Positions 16,491 to 25,143 of a DNA stretch of 59,826 nt are shown piece by piece. The stretch is taken from positions 1 through 59,826 of IMG/VR virus record IMGVR_UViG_3300021197_000662, one strand, 5' to 3'. This stretch comes from a virus. Its lineage: Duplodnaviria > Caudoviricetes. The notes under the pieces were generated by a model, which saw only the letters and a program-made list of their open reading frames with translations, did not search any database and was not told where the DNA came from. The first letter of the stretch is position 1, and each line of letters starts with the position of its first letter. A program made the translations under genes and the position numbers.

Positions 16491-18245
16491 ATGCAAAATG
16501 ATATATTGATACGCGGAGCAGCACTCCGCATGGGGGAAGGTCAGCACAAAGCTGTATGCCCCATCTGCTCACCCAATAGAAAAAAGAAGGGCGAAAGAAC
16601 CCTTTCCCTAAAGGTCGATGTAGAAGGAATTTTATACAATTGTTGGCACTGCCAATCATCTGGGGTCATCACCCTTGATGAGCGTCCTATGCCTGTTAGA
16701 AAGGAAGCTAAAGTGGCTGTTGTTGTTAAGCAAGATTGGGACGATTTAACAGCAAATACAATTGCTTGGCTTGGCAAGAGGGGGATATCAGAAAGCACTG
16801 CTAAGGATGCCAAGATCAAGACAGCGCAGCACTACATATCTTCTTTAAAAAAACAGACTGAGTGCGTTGTTTTTCCATACACAAATAAATCTCAGGTGTA
16901 TGCGGCGAAGGTCAGGGCTATATCTGACAAGGGCTTTTCTTGCAGCGGATCACCCGCATCATTTTTTAATTTGGATTCTATTGTAGAGGGGGAAGACCTA
17001 TACATTTGTGAAGGCGAAATGGATGCCCTCTCACTAATGGAGATAGGTTTCAAAAGTGTCGTGTCTGTCCCCAATGGGGCGGTGATGAAAGTTGTTGACG
17101 GCAAGATAGACCCTCAAGACGATAGCAAGTTTCGGTTTCTATGGGACGCAAAAGACAACCTTGATGCAGCAGCCAGAATAATAATTGCCACAGACTCAGA
17201 TGGGGCTGGAGAGGCTATGGCAGAAGAGATTGCCCGAAGGATAGGCAAGGACAAGTGTTGGCGTGTTGAGTGGCCTGATGACTGCAAGGATGCCAATGAC
17301 GTTCTGGTGAACTTGGGCAAGGATCATCTTAAAAAGATATGTGAAGAGGTCACGCCTTGGCCGGTAGCCGGTCTGTATGATGCGTCACACTTCTATGACC
17401 AGCTAGACGAGATATACGAAAAGGGGATGGGCAAGGGCGCTTCAACAGGATATGGGAATGTCGATGATCTCTATAGTGTTGTAGAGGGGCAGCTAACAGT
17501 GGTCACAGGACACCCATCATCTGGTAAGTCTGAGTTCGTTGACCAGATCATGGTAAACTTAGCTGAGGAAAAGGGTTGGAAGTTTGCCATATGTTCATTT
17601 GAAAACGAACCCCGAATACATATAGCAAAGCTGATAAGCAAGCATTTCGCAAAACCATTCTTTACTGGGATAACCCCAAGGCTAAGCAAGGAAGAACTGG
17701 AAAAAGGGAAGTCGTTTGTCAGGGAACACTTTAGCTTTCTCTATCAGAACGATGGGTCTATGGCCACTATTGGCGGCATAATAGAGCGATTGAAGATTGC
17801 GGTTATGAGGCACGGCATAAGGGGCGCTGTAATAGACCCATACAATTACATTCAGAAAAACGGAGACATATCGGAGACTGACTGGATTAGCGAGATGCTT
17901 ACACAGTTAAGGGTGTTTGCTCAGTCTCATGGAATACATCTGTGGTTTGTGGCTCACCCTACAAAGATGATGCGTGATTCTAACGGCAAGGTTCCACCAC
18001 CAAAGGGGTATGACATATCTGGATCAGCCGCTTGGTTTGCAAAGGCAGACATAGGCATGTCAGTACACAGGCCAGATCCAGTGAATAGCTCTATGTCAGA
18101 AATACATATATGGAAGTGTAGATTTTCTTGGGTTGGCAAACAGGGAGTTGCGGAACTGTACTTCAATCCAACAACATCAAAATACACAGAGGGAATAAAG
18201 GACGACTTTTTATCTCAGTCACCTCAATACGACACACCATTCTAG
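16491..18245 (+). CDS. T7 gp4/Twinkle-like primase-helicase
   Basis: CPIC...CWHC Zn finger; TOPRIM EGEMD...DSDGAG...KDAND; Walker A GHPSSGKS; AHPTK motif; SD GGAGG before ATG 16491. Confidence 0.92.
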   Translation: MQNDILIRGAALRMGEGQHKAVCPICSPNRKKKGERTLSLKVDVEGILYNCWHCQSSGVITLDERPMPVRKEAKVAVVVKQDWDDLTANTIAWLGKRGISESTAKDAKIKTAQHYISSLKKQTECVVFPYTNKSQVYAAKVRAISDKGFSCSGSPASFFNLDSIVEGEDLYICEGEMDALSLMEIGFKSVVSVPNGAVMKVVDGKIDPQDDSKFRFLWDAKDNLDAAARIIIATDSDGAGEAMAEEIARRIGKDKCWRVEWPDDCKDANDVLVNLGKDHLKKICEEVTPWPVAGLYDASHFYDQLDEIYEKGMGKGASTGYGNVDDLYSVVEGQLTVVTGHPSSGKSEFVDQIMVNLAEEKGWKFAICSFENEPRIHIAKLISKHFAKPFFTGITPRLSKEELEKGKSFVREHFSFLYQNDGSMATIGGIIERLKIAVMRHGIRGAVIDPYNYIQKNGDISETDWISEMLTQLRVFAQSHGIHLWFVAHPTKMMRDSNGKVPPPKGYDISGSAAWFAKADIGMSVHRPDPVNSSMSEIHIWKCRFSWVGKQGVAELYFNPTTSKYTEGIKDDFLSQSPQYDTPF

Positions 18246-18306
18246 CACTCCGCACGTTAGCACTCCGCATGGAATGTATGATAGTACCAAAATTTTAGAG
18301 AAAAAA

Positions 18307-18573
18307 ATGAACAGAGCAAAAATTTTAGACACGGCCAAAAAATATGTTACCGCTGATCGGGCTGCGGATCACGGCGAAATGGAAGATAATTTTTCAACGA
18401 TAGCAAAATATTGGTCAATTCATTTGGGCGTAGACGTTAATTCTGTCGATGTCGGGGTGATGATGGGGCTGTTAAAAATAGCCAGAATAAAATCTAACCG
18501 GTCACATGAGGATAATTATATTGATTGCGCTGGGTATATGGCTTGCGCTGGTGAATGCACAAAAGAGGGTTGA
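18307..18573 (+). CDS. DUF6378-like protein (putative all-alpha nucleotide pyrophosphohydrolase)
   Basis: DRAADHG...NFSTIAKYWS...KIARI...HEDNYIDCAGY. Confidence 0.7.
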   Translation: MNRAKILDTAKKYVTADRAADHGEMEDNFSTIAKYWSIHLGVDVNSVDVGVMMGLLKIARIKSNRSHEDNYIDCAGYMACAGECTKEG

Positions 18574-18617
18574 CCGCATTTGTACTATGGTCTAAATAAA
18601 ATGGGTCACTCCAAGAC

Positions 18618-18654
18618 AAAAAAAAGGGGAGCCGGTTTTCACCAGCTCCCCTTT
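18618..18654. terminator. Bidirectional rho-independent terminator
   Basis: A-tract-GGGGAGCCGGT-TTTC-ACCAGCTCCCC-TTT between convergent genes. Confidence 0.8.
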
Positions 18655-18656
18655 GA

Positions 18657-18839
18657 TTATTTCCAGTCCATTCTGATTACACGGCCATTGGGTTCTAGAT
18701 CAGCAATATCACCATCCTTGTTGCTAAGTGTATATTGCTCACTGATCCTATCCCAGATCATGGTAGTAACGATTTCGGGTAATTTCCCGACCTTTCTACA
18801 TTCCATGATATAGGCCATTTTTGCTTCGTCAAAATTCAT
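18657..18839 (-). CDS. Small early hypothetical protein
   Basis: Last gene of the leftward early operon. Confidence 0.55.
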   Translation of the reverse strand: MNFDEAKMAYIMECRKVGKLPEIVTTMIWDRISEQYTLSNKDGDIADLEPNGRVIRMDWK

Positions 18840-18840
18840 A

Positions 18841-19002
18841 TCACGCGCCCTTCTTTGCCAATTGAACGATCCCTACCATTGCCATAAACGCGCCAGAATA
18901 AAGAACCAGCATGCCAACGAATAAGCTATTGGAAGGTATCTCTATATATTCAACCCCAGCGAACGAAATGAACAGTCCTAAGAAAAATATAAAGTAATTC
19001 AT
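18841..19002 (-). CDS. Small two-TM membrane protein (53 aa, not in ORF track)
   Basis: MNYFIFFLGLFISFAGVEYIEIPSNSLFVGMLVLYSGAFMAMVGIVQLAKKGA*; SD GGAG. Confidence 0.65.
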   Translation of the reverse strand: MNYFIFFLGLFISFAGVEYIEIPSNSLFVGMLVLYSGAFMAMVGIVQLAKKGA

Positions 19003-19244
19003 GTGTTCTCTCCATAGACATTACCGCACATCATATCGACATGGTATGTGAATGAGTCGTAGTTTATCCAGCGATATGGTGATGCATCGATTATAAACAC
19101 AGGAAGGGCATGCATCATATATTCACGCCCTTCTTTATAGACATTGTGACTAGCCTTACGAATACCGTCATCATACTCATCGACATCAGGCTTATAGACA
19201 TAGCCCTGATATCGATATGTCGGTGCGTTATGCCAGCTAATCAT
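18999..19244 (-). CDS. Small early hypothetical protein
   Basis: SD AGGAG; coupled to neighbours. Confidence 0.65.
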   Translation of the reverse strand: MISWHNAPTYRYQGYVYKPDVDEYDDGIRKASHNVYKEGREYMMHALPVFIIDASPYRWINYDSFTYHVDMMCGNVYGENT

Positions 19245-19413
19245 AAAAGTCTCCTAAAGCACACTCGACTGTTTCCTGAGCTTCAAGGGCCATGATAAGC
19301 TTTTGCCTGTTATCCTTGTGATAAGGGTGCATAAGCTGTTCGATAATTGTGTCCAGACCAACCTCAATAGCGTTCAATTCGGCTGGCGTTAACCTAAGAT
19401 TTATTACAGTCAT
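19237..19413 (-). CDS. Small early hypothetical protein
   Basis: Start MTVINL after GGGAG. Confidence 0.6.
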   Translation of the reverse strand: MTVINLRLTPAELNAIEVGLDTIIEQLMHPYHKDNRQKLIMALEAQETVECALGDFYD

Positions 19414-19625
19414 TTTGTCTCTCCCTTGCTTGACCAATATTCATTCCAATGATCAGACATGACCTCAGTCTTTTCCTCATCGGACATATGAGCCAACAAA
19501 TCAAACGACTTGTTGACTACCAGTTTATCTTGAAGATCAGTGATGTCTTCACATCCGCCGATATGTTTTGAAACCTCATCAGCAAACTTATCTTCTAAGC
19601 CTAATATCCAGCTAGACATACCCAT
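19410..19625 (-). CDS. Small acidic early protein
   Basis: MGMSSWIL...; coupled start/stop. Confidence 0.65.
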   Translation of the reverse strand: MGMSSWILGLEDKFADEVSKHIGGCEDITDLQDKLVVNKSFDLLAHMSDEEKTEVMSDHWNEYWSSKGETK

Positions 19626-19834
19626 TACACTTGCTCCCCTTCGATCTCATAATCTAAATATCCGCAAGCGGCATCAACGCCCAACAAAAACATTTCTTTA
19701 TCTTCCTCTGTATCGAAAGCGTATGTTTCTGTCTTGTCTTGGCAGGTTCCCCATATAATAGTGATAACGTGATTTGCGTTATCAATTTGCTCTTGGGTTT
19801 GAGCAATACAGTTTATGATTTGCTTTTGTACCAT
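19625..19834 (-). CDS. Small acidic early protein
   Basis: YAFDTEEDKEMFLLGVDAACGYLDY motif; SD GGGAG. Confidence 0.65.
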   Translation of the reverse strand: MVQKQIINCIAQTQEQIDNANHVITIIWGTCQDKTETYAFDTEEDKEMFLLGVDAACGYLDYEIEGEQV

Positions 19835-19842
19835 GGTACAAA
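19825..19842. promoter_or_regulatory. Palindromic operator (perfect 18-bp palindrome) over a start codon
   Basis: TTTGTACCATGGTACAAA. Confidence 0.65.
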
Positions 19843-19850
19843 TCTCCCTT

Positions 19851-20666
19851 CTAGTTTTCCATCATTTTCGTTAAGTGCCGGACAGTCCGGCGGTTCATAA
19901 GATTAAAGGCTTTCGACAGGCTCTCGCCAAAGCTATGCGGGATCACCGTTTCATCGCGGATCATATCAAACAGCGGATGCAGGTCATCGTGATCACTTGA
20001 TTTGTGGGTGATCATCCAGCCATTCTCAGTAAAGCCCATCTTTTTGTTGAAGCCGACAACAGTCACTTCCCAAGCATTCAAGCCAGCCTCATCAACATAC
20101 TGAACGTCAACAGGCTTGCACCTCATAACGAACCTTTTGCCTTTGGGTGATTGAATGATTGAAAAGCCTTTTAGGTGTATTGTCTTGAACCATGTGATCG
20201 GGACAGGAACAAGATTGCTCATATTGTAACGGCCTTCATTCTCGATCTCTACTTTGGAGTCCCCATTACTGGCCGAAAAAATCTCAGATGTTGATCTGGG
20301 GAATGCGCTATCGATAACCCTTTGTGCCTGTCTTTTTGATTTTGTTTTGGCATTCTTTAACGGGCTGTAACCGTCTATTTGTTTTCTTTCTTCACGATAC
20401 CGCCTGATGGCCTTGCCAGCATTCTCGCAATAGTTTTCAAAAGCTTTCCAGATATTTTCTGAATTGCTTTTTGCCAACCTTTCCTCAATGGCATGGATTT
20501 GAGGTTTTACATCTTGATCAGCCCTGTAGCTTGAGTGAGTGCCATGCTTAATGAAATGAGCAATGACCTTCATTGGAACGCCCACAACACCACCCGACCA
20601 ATGGGCTTTGAAATTCTCCAAATCGCTAAGCAGGAACTGAATATTTTTATATGTATCTGTCTGCAT
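19851..20666 (-). CDS. Early hypothetical protein
   Basis: Start likely MQTD (GGAGAC-N4-ATG). Confidence 0.7.
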   Translation of the reverse strand: MQTDTYKNIQFLLSDLENFKAHWSGGVVGVPMKVIAHFIKHGTHSSYRADQDVKPQIHAIEERLAKSNSENIWKAFENYCENAGKAIRRYREERKQIDGYSPLKNAKTKSKRQAQRVIDSAFPRSTSEIFSASNGDSKVEIENEGRYNMSNLVPVPITWFKTIHLKGFSIIQSPKGKRFVMRCKPVDVQYVDEAGLNAWEVTVVGFNKKMGFTENGWMITHKSSDHDDLHPLFDMIRDETVIPHSFGESLSKAFNLMNRRTVRHLTKMMEN

Positions 20667-20689
20667 TTTTGTCTCCATTGGGTGACGGC

Positions 20690-21841
20690 CTAAGCCGCCA
20701 CCTCTATGCGTGTTGTTTCACCAAACGGTGCATCATTGCAACGCTCATCAGTTGATACCCAAAGCACCGGATAATCTGGCACACGATCAGGGAAATCGAA
20801 TATTCCCATGTCGGTCAGGTAAACAAAATTATCGACAGGCAAGCAATTATCATCGATGTATTTAAAGACCGGTTCTACTCGCGTACCGCCCCGACCATTA
20901 CATTCGATCTTGTCGATGATATCGCCCTGACCATATGTCTTGACCGACTGGATCTTGCTATCGCAAGTTATGACAGTAAGGCTCTTAGGCTTGTGATCTT
21001 CCGACATATTGTTGAGTTCCCCAAGGAATTGCTGGAGTTCAACAGTACCGACTGATCCGCTAGTATCAACAGCCACCACCACATCACCGACACCGATCTT
21101 GTCAACGGCTGGCATGTAGATGCCTTGAGTGTAGTAGACCTTTTTATTGCAACGCCTGAACGTGTAGTCATCAGGCTGATCACCACCGATAAAGCGGTTG
21201 AACACATCACGCCAGTCAACCTCAGACCGCCGCATTTTGTCGATCAGTTCTTTAAGCTTGCCCGATAGTTTACCGACAGCTTTTGCATTCGATGCTGCAA
21301 GCATCACACGCTGATCATTAGATGCCTTGGCCTGTTCTATTTCGGCCTTAGAAGGCTCACCACCATCCTTACCTTGCATCTCACCTACATCACCACCCCA
21401 AGGCTGCTTGGATGGCTTCTTGTCCTTTTCTAGGCGGTTTAACAGCCTATACACTTGAAGCCATGTCATCCCAGAATATTGAGGGTCATATAAACCGCCC
21501 TGTGGCATTTCCATACCGTCTTCTTTTAGGTATGCGTTTATCACATAATCCATTGCCATATTTTGCAATTCATGGTTCGTTGGCTGGCCATCAATTGTCT
21601 TGACTGGTATGCAATGGTTCAGCATCGCGTGACCCACCTCATGGGCTATGACAAACTGCAAACCTTTGTCAGTCAGGCTATCAGCAAACGCTGGGTTCCA
21701 ACGAATACATTTGCCATCGGTTGCCATAGTCGGGATCGTGTCATCTTCGATGAAGGGCAAGCCCAAGGTCAGTGAACCCCAGAACGGCTTGTCCAGTACA
21801 AGTCTAGTTTTTGCTCTCGCAATTTTGGTTTCTATATCCAA
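20690..21841 (-). CDS. VWA-domain protein with N-terminal metallopeptidase (DUF2201-like)
   Basis: TMATDG, AHEVGH, NMAMDYVIN; MIDAS DTSGS, GRGGT, YLTD. Confidence 0.88.
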   Translation of the reverse strand: MDIETKIARAKTRLVLDKPFWGSLTLGLPFIEDDTIPTMATDGKCIRWNPAFADSLTDKGLQFVIAHEVGHAMLNHCIPVKTIDGQPTNHELQNMAMDYVINAYLKEDGMEMPQGGLYDPQYSGMTWLQVYRLLNRLEKDKKPSKQPWGGDVGEMQGKDGGEPSKAEIEQAKASNDQRVMLAASNAKAVGKLSGKLKELIDKMRRSEVDWRDVFNRFIGGDQPDDYTFRRCNKKVYYTQGIYMPAVDKIGVGDVVVAVDTSGSVGTVELQQFLGELNNMSEDHKPKSLTVITCDSKIQSVKTYGQGDIIDKIECNGRGGTRVEPVFKYIDDNCLPVDNFVYLTDMGIFDFPDRVPDYPVLWVSTDERCNDAPFGETTRIEVAA

Positions 21842-21852
21842 TTCAAAATCTC

Positions 21853-22062
21853 CTAATGTCTCTCATGGTCTTGATCTGAAAATTTACATGCAACATCTCT
21901 GCCTTTTGATCCGAAAACTACAATGTCGAGATCAGCATCTATATCACCATGCATTCTTTGATCATGGAAAAGGTGTATGAAATCGGGCTTGCCAAAAACT
22001 TTGATCGCGGCTGAAAATTCCGCATCAGTTCTGAACCCGACAAAATGGACTGATCTTTTCAT
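21853..22062 (-). CDS. Small hypothetical protein
   Basis: VHFVGFR...AIKVFGKPDFIH; SD GGGAG. Confidence 0.7.
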   Translation of the reverse strand: MKRSVHFVGFRTDAEFSAAIKVFGKPDFIHLFHDQRMHGDIDADLDIVVFGSKGRDVACKFSDQDHERH

Positions 22063-22075
22063 CGTATATCTCCCG

Positions 22076-22102
22076 AAAGAATTGGGGGGAAAATCCCCCC
22101 CA
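22076..22102 (-). terminator. Hairpin after the AAA ATPase gene
   Basis: Minus strand GGGGGGA-TTT-TCCCCCC followed by AATTCTTT. Confidence 0.45.
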
Positions 22103-22105
22103 GTT

Positions 22106-23119
22106 TTACAGCATCAATTCTTTGCCATCCGAAAGTAAGAACTTGCGGAATGCATCAGTCTTTTTAATGCTTGGTGTGCGGTTCATTGCATCCCTAATTG
22201 AGAACACCGCAAATTCTTTGTGCGGTAATCTTTTGAGATACTGAATGATATTGCCAATATTTTTATCGTTGGCTCGACTACTCAGAGCCGCAGAAACCGC
22301 ATAGCACACCGCTGGGTCTTCGGCGATTGGTGCGCTATCTGGGTTGGCAATCAGTGCATCAATGTCTGGGCAACTCTCGTAAACTTTTTTGTAGCCCATA
22401 AACTCAGCACATGCACCTCGCCCCACTTGACCTGACACCGCTTCGTTTTCGTTCACCGCATCAAGCTTGAAACCCATGATGGTATCGACACGCTCCCATG
22501 ATCTAGGTGAAGGGCAAGCATCAGCATCGCGATCAAACTTGTGCAGCAACTCTGGCCGAAAGCGCAGGAAGCCGGTGATCAAAGGCGATACCCCGACTGA
22601 ATTATAGTAGGCCACCGCGTCTTCTAGATCGCTGTCCACAGAAGTGAACAAAAGTCGATCCTTTACATGCGATGGGAGTTGATTTGTACCAGCACGATCC
22701 GACATTTTGTTGCCAGCACATACGATAGCCCAACCGTCAGGCAGTCTATGCTCACCAATCCTACGCTCATTAATTATGACCGCTGATATGTTGAGGCAGG
22801 CAGTCGGGGCTTGCGCTAATTCATCAAGGAACAAAATTCCTTCGCCCTCAGTTGGCATCCAATCTGGACGCAGGCGTTTCATTCCATCACCATCATTCAC
22901 CAGCCAGCCTGCAAGCTCGCCAGCATCGTACTGGGCAAGGCTGACCGTCTTTAATGATATCCCACGATCTTCAGCGATTTGCTGAACGATGGTAGTTTTA
23001 CCAAGACCGGCTGATCCGACAAGGTATGGGATTGGCCGTTGTGCATCACGCCCATTTGAATGCTTCATTTGACTGTCGATACATGCCTCGACTATGGCTC
23101 TTGCTTGCGATATACGCAT
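22106..23119 (-). CDS. MoxR-like AAA+ ATPase
   Basis: Walker A GSAGLGKT; Walker B ILFLDE; AGN sensor; SPRSW. Confidence 0.9.
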   Translation of the reverse strand: MRISQARAIVEACIDSQMKHSNGRDAQRPIPYLVGSAGLGKTTIVQQIAEDRGISLKTVSLAQYDAGELAGWLVNDGDGMKRLRPDWMPTEGEGILFLDELAQAPTACLNISAVIINERRIGEHRLPDGWAIVCAGNKMSDRAGTNQLPSHVKDRLLFTSVDSDLEDAVAYYNSVGVSPLITGFLRFRPELLHKFDRDADACPSPRSWERVDTIMGFKLDAVNENEAVSGQVGRGACAEFMGYKKVYESCPDIDALIANPDSAPIAEDPAVCYAVSAALSSRANDKNIGNIIQYLKRLPHKEFAVFSIRDAMNRTPSIKKTDAFRKFLLSDGKELML

Positions 23120-23140
23120 ATCTAATCTCCACTAATATTT

Positions 23141-23156
23141 TTGTACCATCGTACAA
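23141..23156. promoter_or_regulatory. Palindromic operator upstream of the AAA ATPase
   Basis: TTGTACCATCGTACAA. Confidence 0.65.
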
Positions 23157-23186
23157 ATTTTGGTTAAGGTTGGTAGGCAAAGCCGC

Positions 23187-23897
23187 CTAAGCGGCTTCAC
23201 CTTCAAGTTGGTTAATCATGGCATCAACTGCCTCATTTTCTGACTGGGTGATATCGCCAGCAGTTTGACTGCCTTGTCTCATATCAGCCCTAACCCTCAA
23301 TGCATTTTCTAATTCATTTTTGAAGGTATCAACAATCGCCAGAAAAGCATCTTCAGTCTGGTCTTTTTCACCCAAACCACCGATCCACTTATCGCCGTCA
23401 ACACGATTGCCATCAGCATCTTTTTTGGTGGATCGCTTGCCGACAAGCTTATCGACAAGAAGCTGGGTTGCAGTCTTGTTTGGCTCATCAGCAACGGCCT
23501 TAATTAGTTTGGCCTCGCTGGTGATATCGGCATCTTCAAACACATCACCCACCATTGTCGGTGTGATGTTGTCACCGTTGATGCCAAAAATCCTAATCGC
23601 ACCGGCTGTGTTTTTGATCAACTTATTGGCCATGCCATCAGTAATCTCTATTTGTTTCATGTTGATAAGCTGGTTTTTAAGATCACTGCTAATTTTGGGT
23701 GGCAGATTTCCCTTTTGCAAACCATGCTTGGCAACGCATGAAATGATCACGCAGTAGGTATCAAGCTTTCGGCTGTTAGCCTCTTTTGAACTCTCTTTTG
23801 AATTTTCTTTAAGAGCCTTGATGGTCTTTTCATTCTCACCGATGACAGTAAGATTTGTTGGATCGATAGGTAAATTTTTAGCAGCAGATGTCTGCAT
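23187..23897 (-). CDS. Early hypothetical protein
   Basis: Start likely MQTS (GGAGAC-N4-ATG); directly downstream of the hammerhead. Confidence 0.7.
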   Translation of the reverse strand: MQTSAAKNLPIDPTNLTVIGENEKTIKALKENSKESSKEANSRKLDTYCVIISCVAKHGLQKGNLPPKISSDLKNQLINMKQIEITDGMANKLIKNTAGAIRIFGINGDNITPTMVGDVFEDADITSEAKLIKAVADEPNKTATQLLVDKLVGKRSTKKDADGNRVDGDKWIGGLGEKDQTEDAFLAIVDTFKNELENALRVRADMRQGSQTAGDITQSENEAVDAMINQLEGEAA

Positions 23898-23922
23898 AAC
23901 AGTCTCCATCTTTAAGGTTGAA

Positions 23923-23998
23923 ATATAGCAGGACGCTATGACCCAGCACCGGCTGGGTTTCGGGCGTGTCCTACGCGCCCATCATCAGATAGCTATAT
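23923..23998 (-). ncRNA. Type I hammerhead ribozyme with loop II pseudoknot
   Basis: GCUAU-CUGAUGA-U-GGGCG-CGUAGGACA-CGCCC-GAAA-CCCAGC-CGGU-GCUGGG-UC/AUAGC-GUCCUGC; complete core, three stems, GUC site. Confidence 0.88.
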
Positions 23999-24223
23999 GG
24001 CAATGTATTCGGTCAACAATAGTGTGCCTTGCTTCACAAGCTTGCCGTTTTGCATCAGGTAGTAGGCGTGGAAGCGGCGGTTTTTATAAACCGCGATCAT
24101 CTCAGGCTTTTCCCCAAACGCCTTGTTGCAGCGAAAAATGTATTCACCCAATTCCTTGATCGTTGGCTTGAGTGGGTACAAAGTTGTCTTACCGTTGTCG
24201 TTGAGTTGATTAGCTGAATACAT
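23993..24223 (-). CDS. Small early hypothetical protein
   Basis: 76 aa; stop codon abuts the hammerhead. Confidence 0.65.
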   Translation of the reverse strand: MYSANQLNDNGKTTLYPLKPTIKELGEYIFRCNKAFGEKPEMIAVYKNRRFHAYYLMQNGKLVKQGTLLLTEYIAI

Positions 24224-24387
24224 TACGCATTCCCCTTTTTCTTTGGTTTACGTCTGGAAATAATCTCAGCCAATGTGAGCTGAAAAACTGGTGTGGATTG
24301 GTACTGCTCATCTTGAAATGCAATCTGCTTGACGATTTCAGTTTTGTTGGCTGCATCAGGTGATGGAATGAAAGGTGATTTTTTCAC
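24223..24387 (-). CDS. First early gene, 54 aa (not in ORF track)
   Basis: GGGAG SD, GTG start; MKKSPFIPSPDAANKTEIVKQ...KKKGNA*; TAATG coupling. Confidence 0.6.
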   Translation of the reverse strand: MKKSPFIPSPDAANKTEIVKQIAFQDEQYQSTPVFQLTLAEIISRRKPKKKGNA

Positions 24388-24397
24388 GGCGTGGCTC

Positions 24398-24446
24398 CCT
24401 GTTTCGCGTGTCTCATCATAACTGGGGTACGATCCCCAGCGACAGG
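24398..24446 (-). ncRNA. Degenerate type III hammerhead-like motif
   Basis: CCUG-UC-GCUGGGG-AUCGUA-CCCCAGU-UAUGAUGA-GACACGC-GAAA-CAGG; C3 altered, minimal stem II. Confidence 0.5.
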
Positions 24447-24999
24447 TTTTGTTACAATGTCGGGTCTCTCTCGACTGCCCGATTACAGCGACACATGTGC
24501 CGCCTCAGTATTACCACCGCATCCATTATCCTAGTGTCAGGCCTAATCGATTTTTGCTTGGGCGTAGGCGTATTCAGATGCCATCAGAGCCGTAGTGCGG
24601 TAGTGTCCAGTCTTCGGGGTTGCTAGCCCCTCGCCCCAGTGGGCGGTTAAATCAGTAGCGGTGGCCTCCTAAAAAATTTGACAAAAAAAACTTATTTCTT
24701 TTCGTAGCACAGCTAGACAACGCATGCAAACACTAAATGCATCTAACAACACTAATTTGTCAGAGGGTACAAATGTAAGCCGTTTGAACCATGCGTTTTG
24801 TTGTAGTGTGCCTCCTAATAAGTAGACGATCCAGAAACCACTATTATTGTGTGACCATGATATTTTTTTTCCTCTCAAACAGTAGACGTTTCAGAACGCA
24901 AAATTATTCACTGCTATTTTATTTTATTTTGAGACTGTGACATATCCGCAACACCAACCCTCAAAACACCCTAATATTTGTTTGTACACAAACAAGTTT

Positions 25000-25037
25000 G
25001 TTCACCATGTGTTCACGGTCTGGAACAAAACGTGAAA
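25000..25037. promoter_or_regulatory. Two alphaproteobacterial-type LexA (SOS) boxes
   Basis: GTTC-ACCATGT-GTTC (25000-14) and GAAC-AAAACGT-GAAA (25023-37). Confidence 0.65.
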
Positions 25038-25143
25038 ACGAGCGAGGTTGATCTGTGAGTAGGGGCTGGCGAAAGCCGTGTATCATTCCTACCAAAAACA
25101 CCTTTAATCGCTGTATGAGCTTCTATGGGCGTTTAATCGCCAT

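Noticed and set aside
24375-24878. ORFs 24375-24626 (+) and 24669-24878 (-)
   Set aside because: No SD or protein-like features; the region is better explained as structured leader and promoter DNA.
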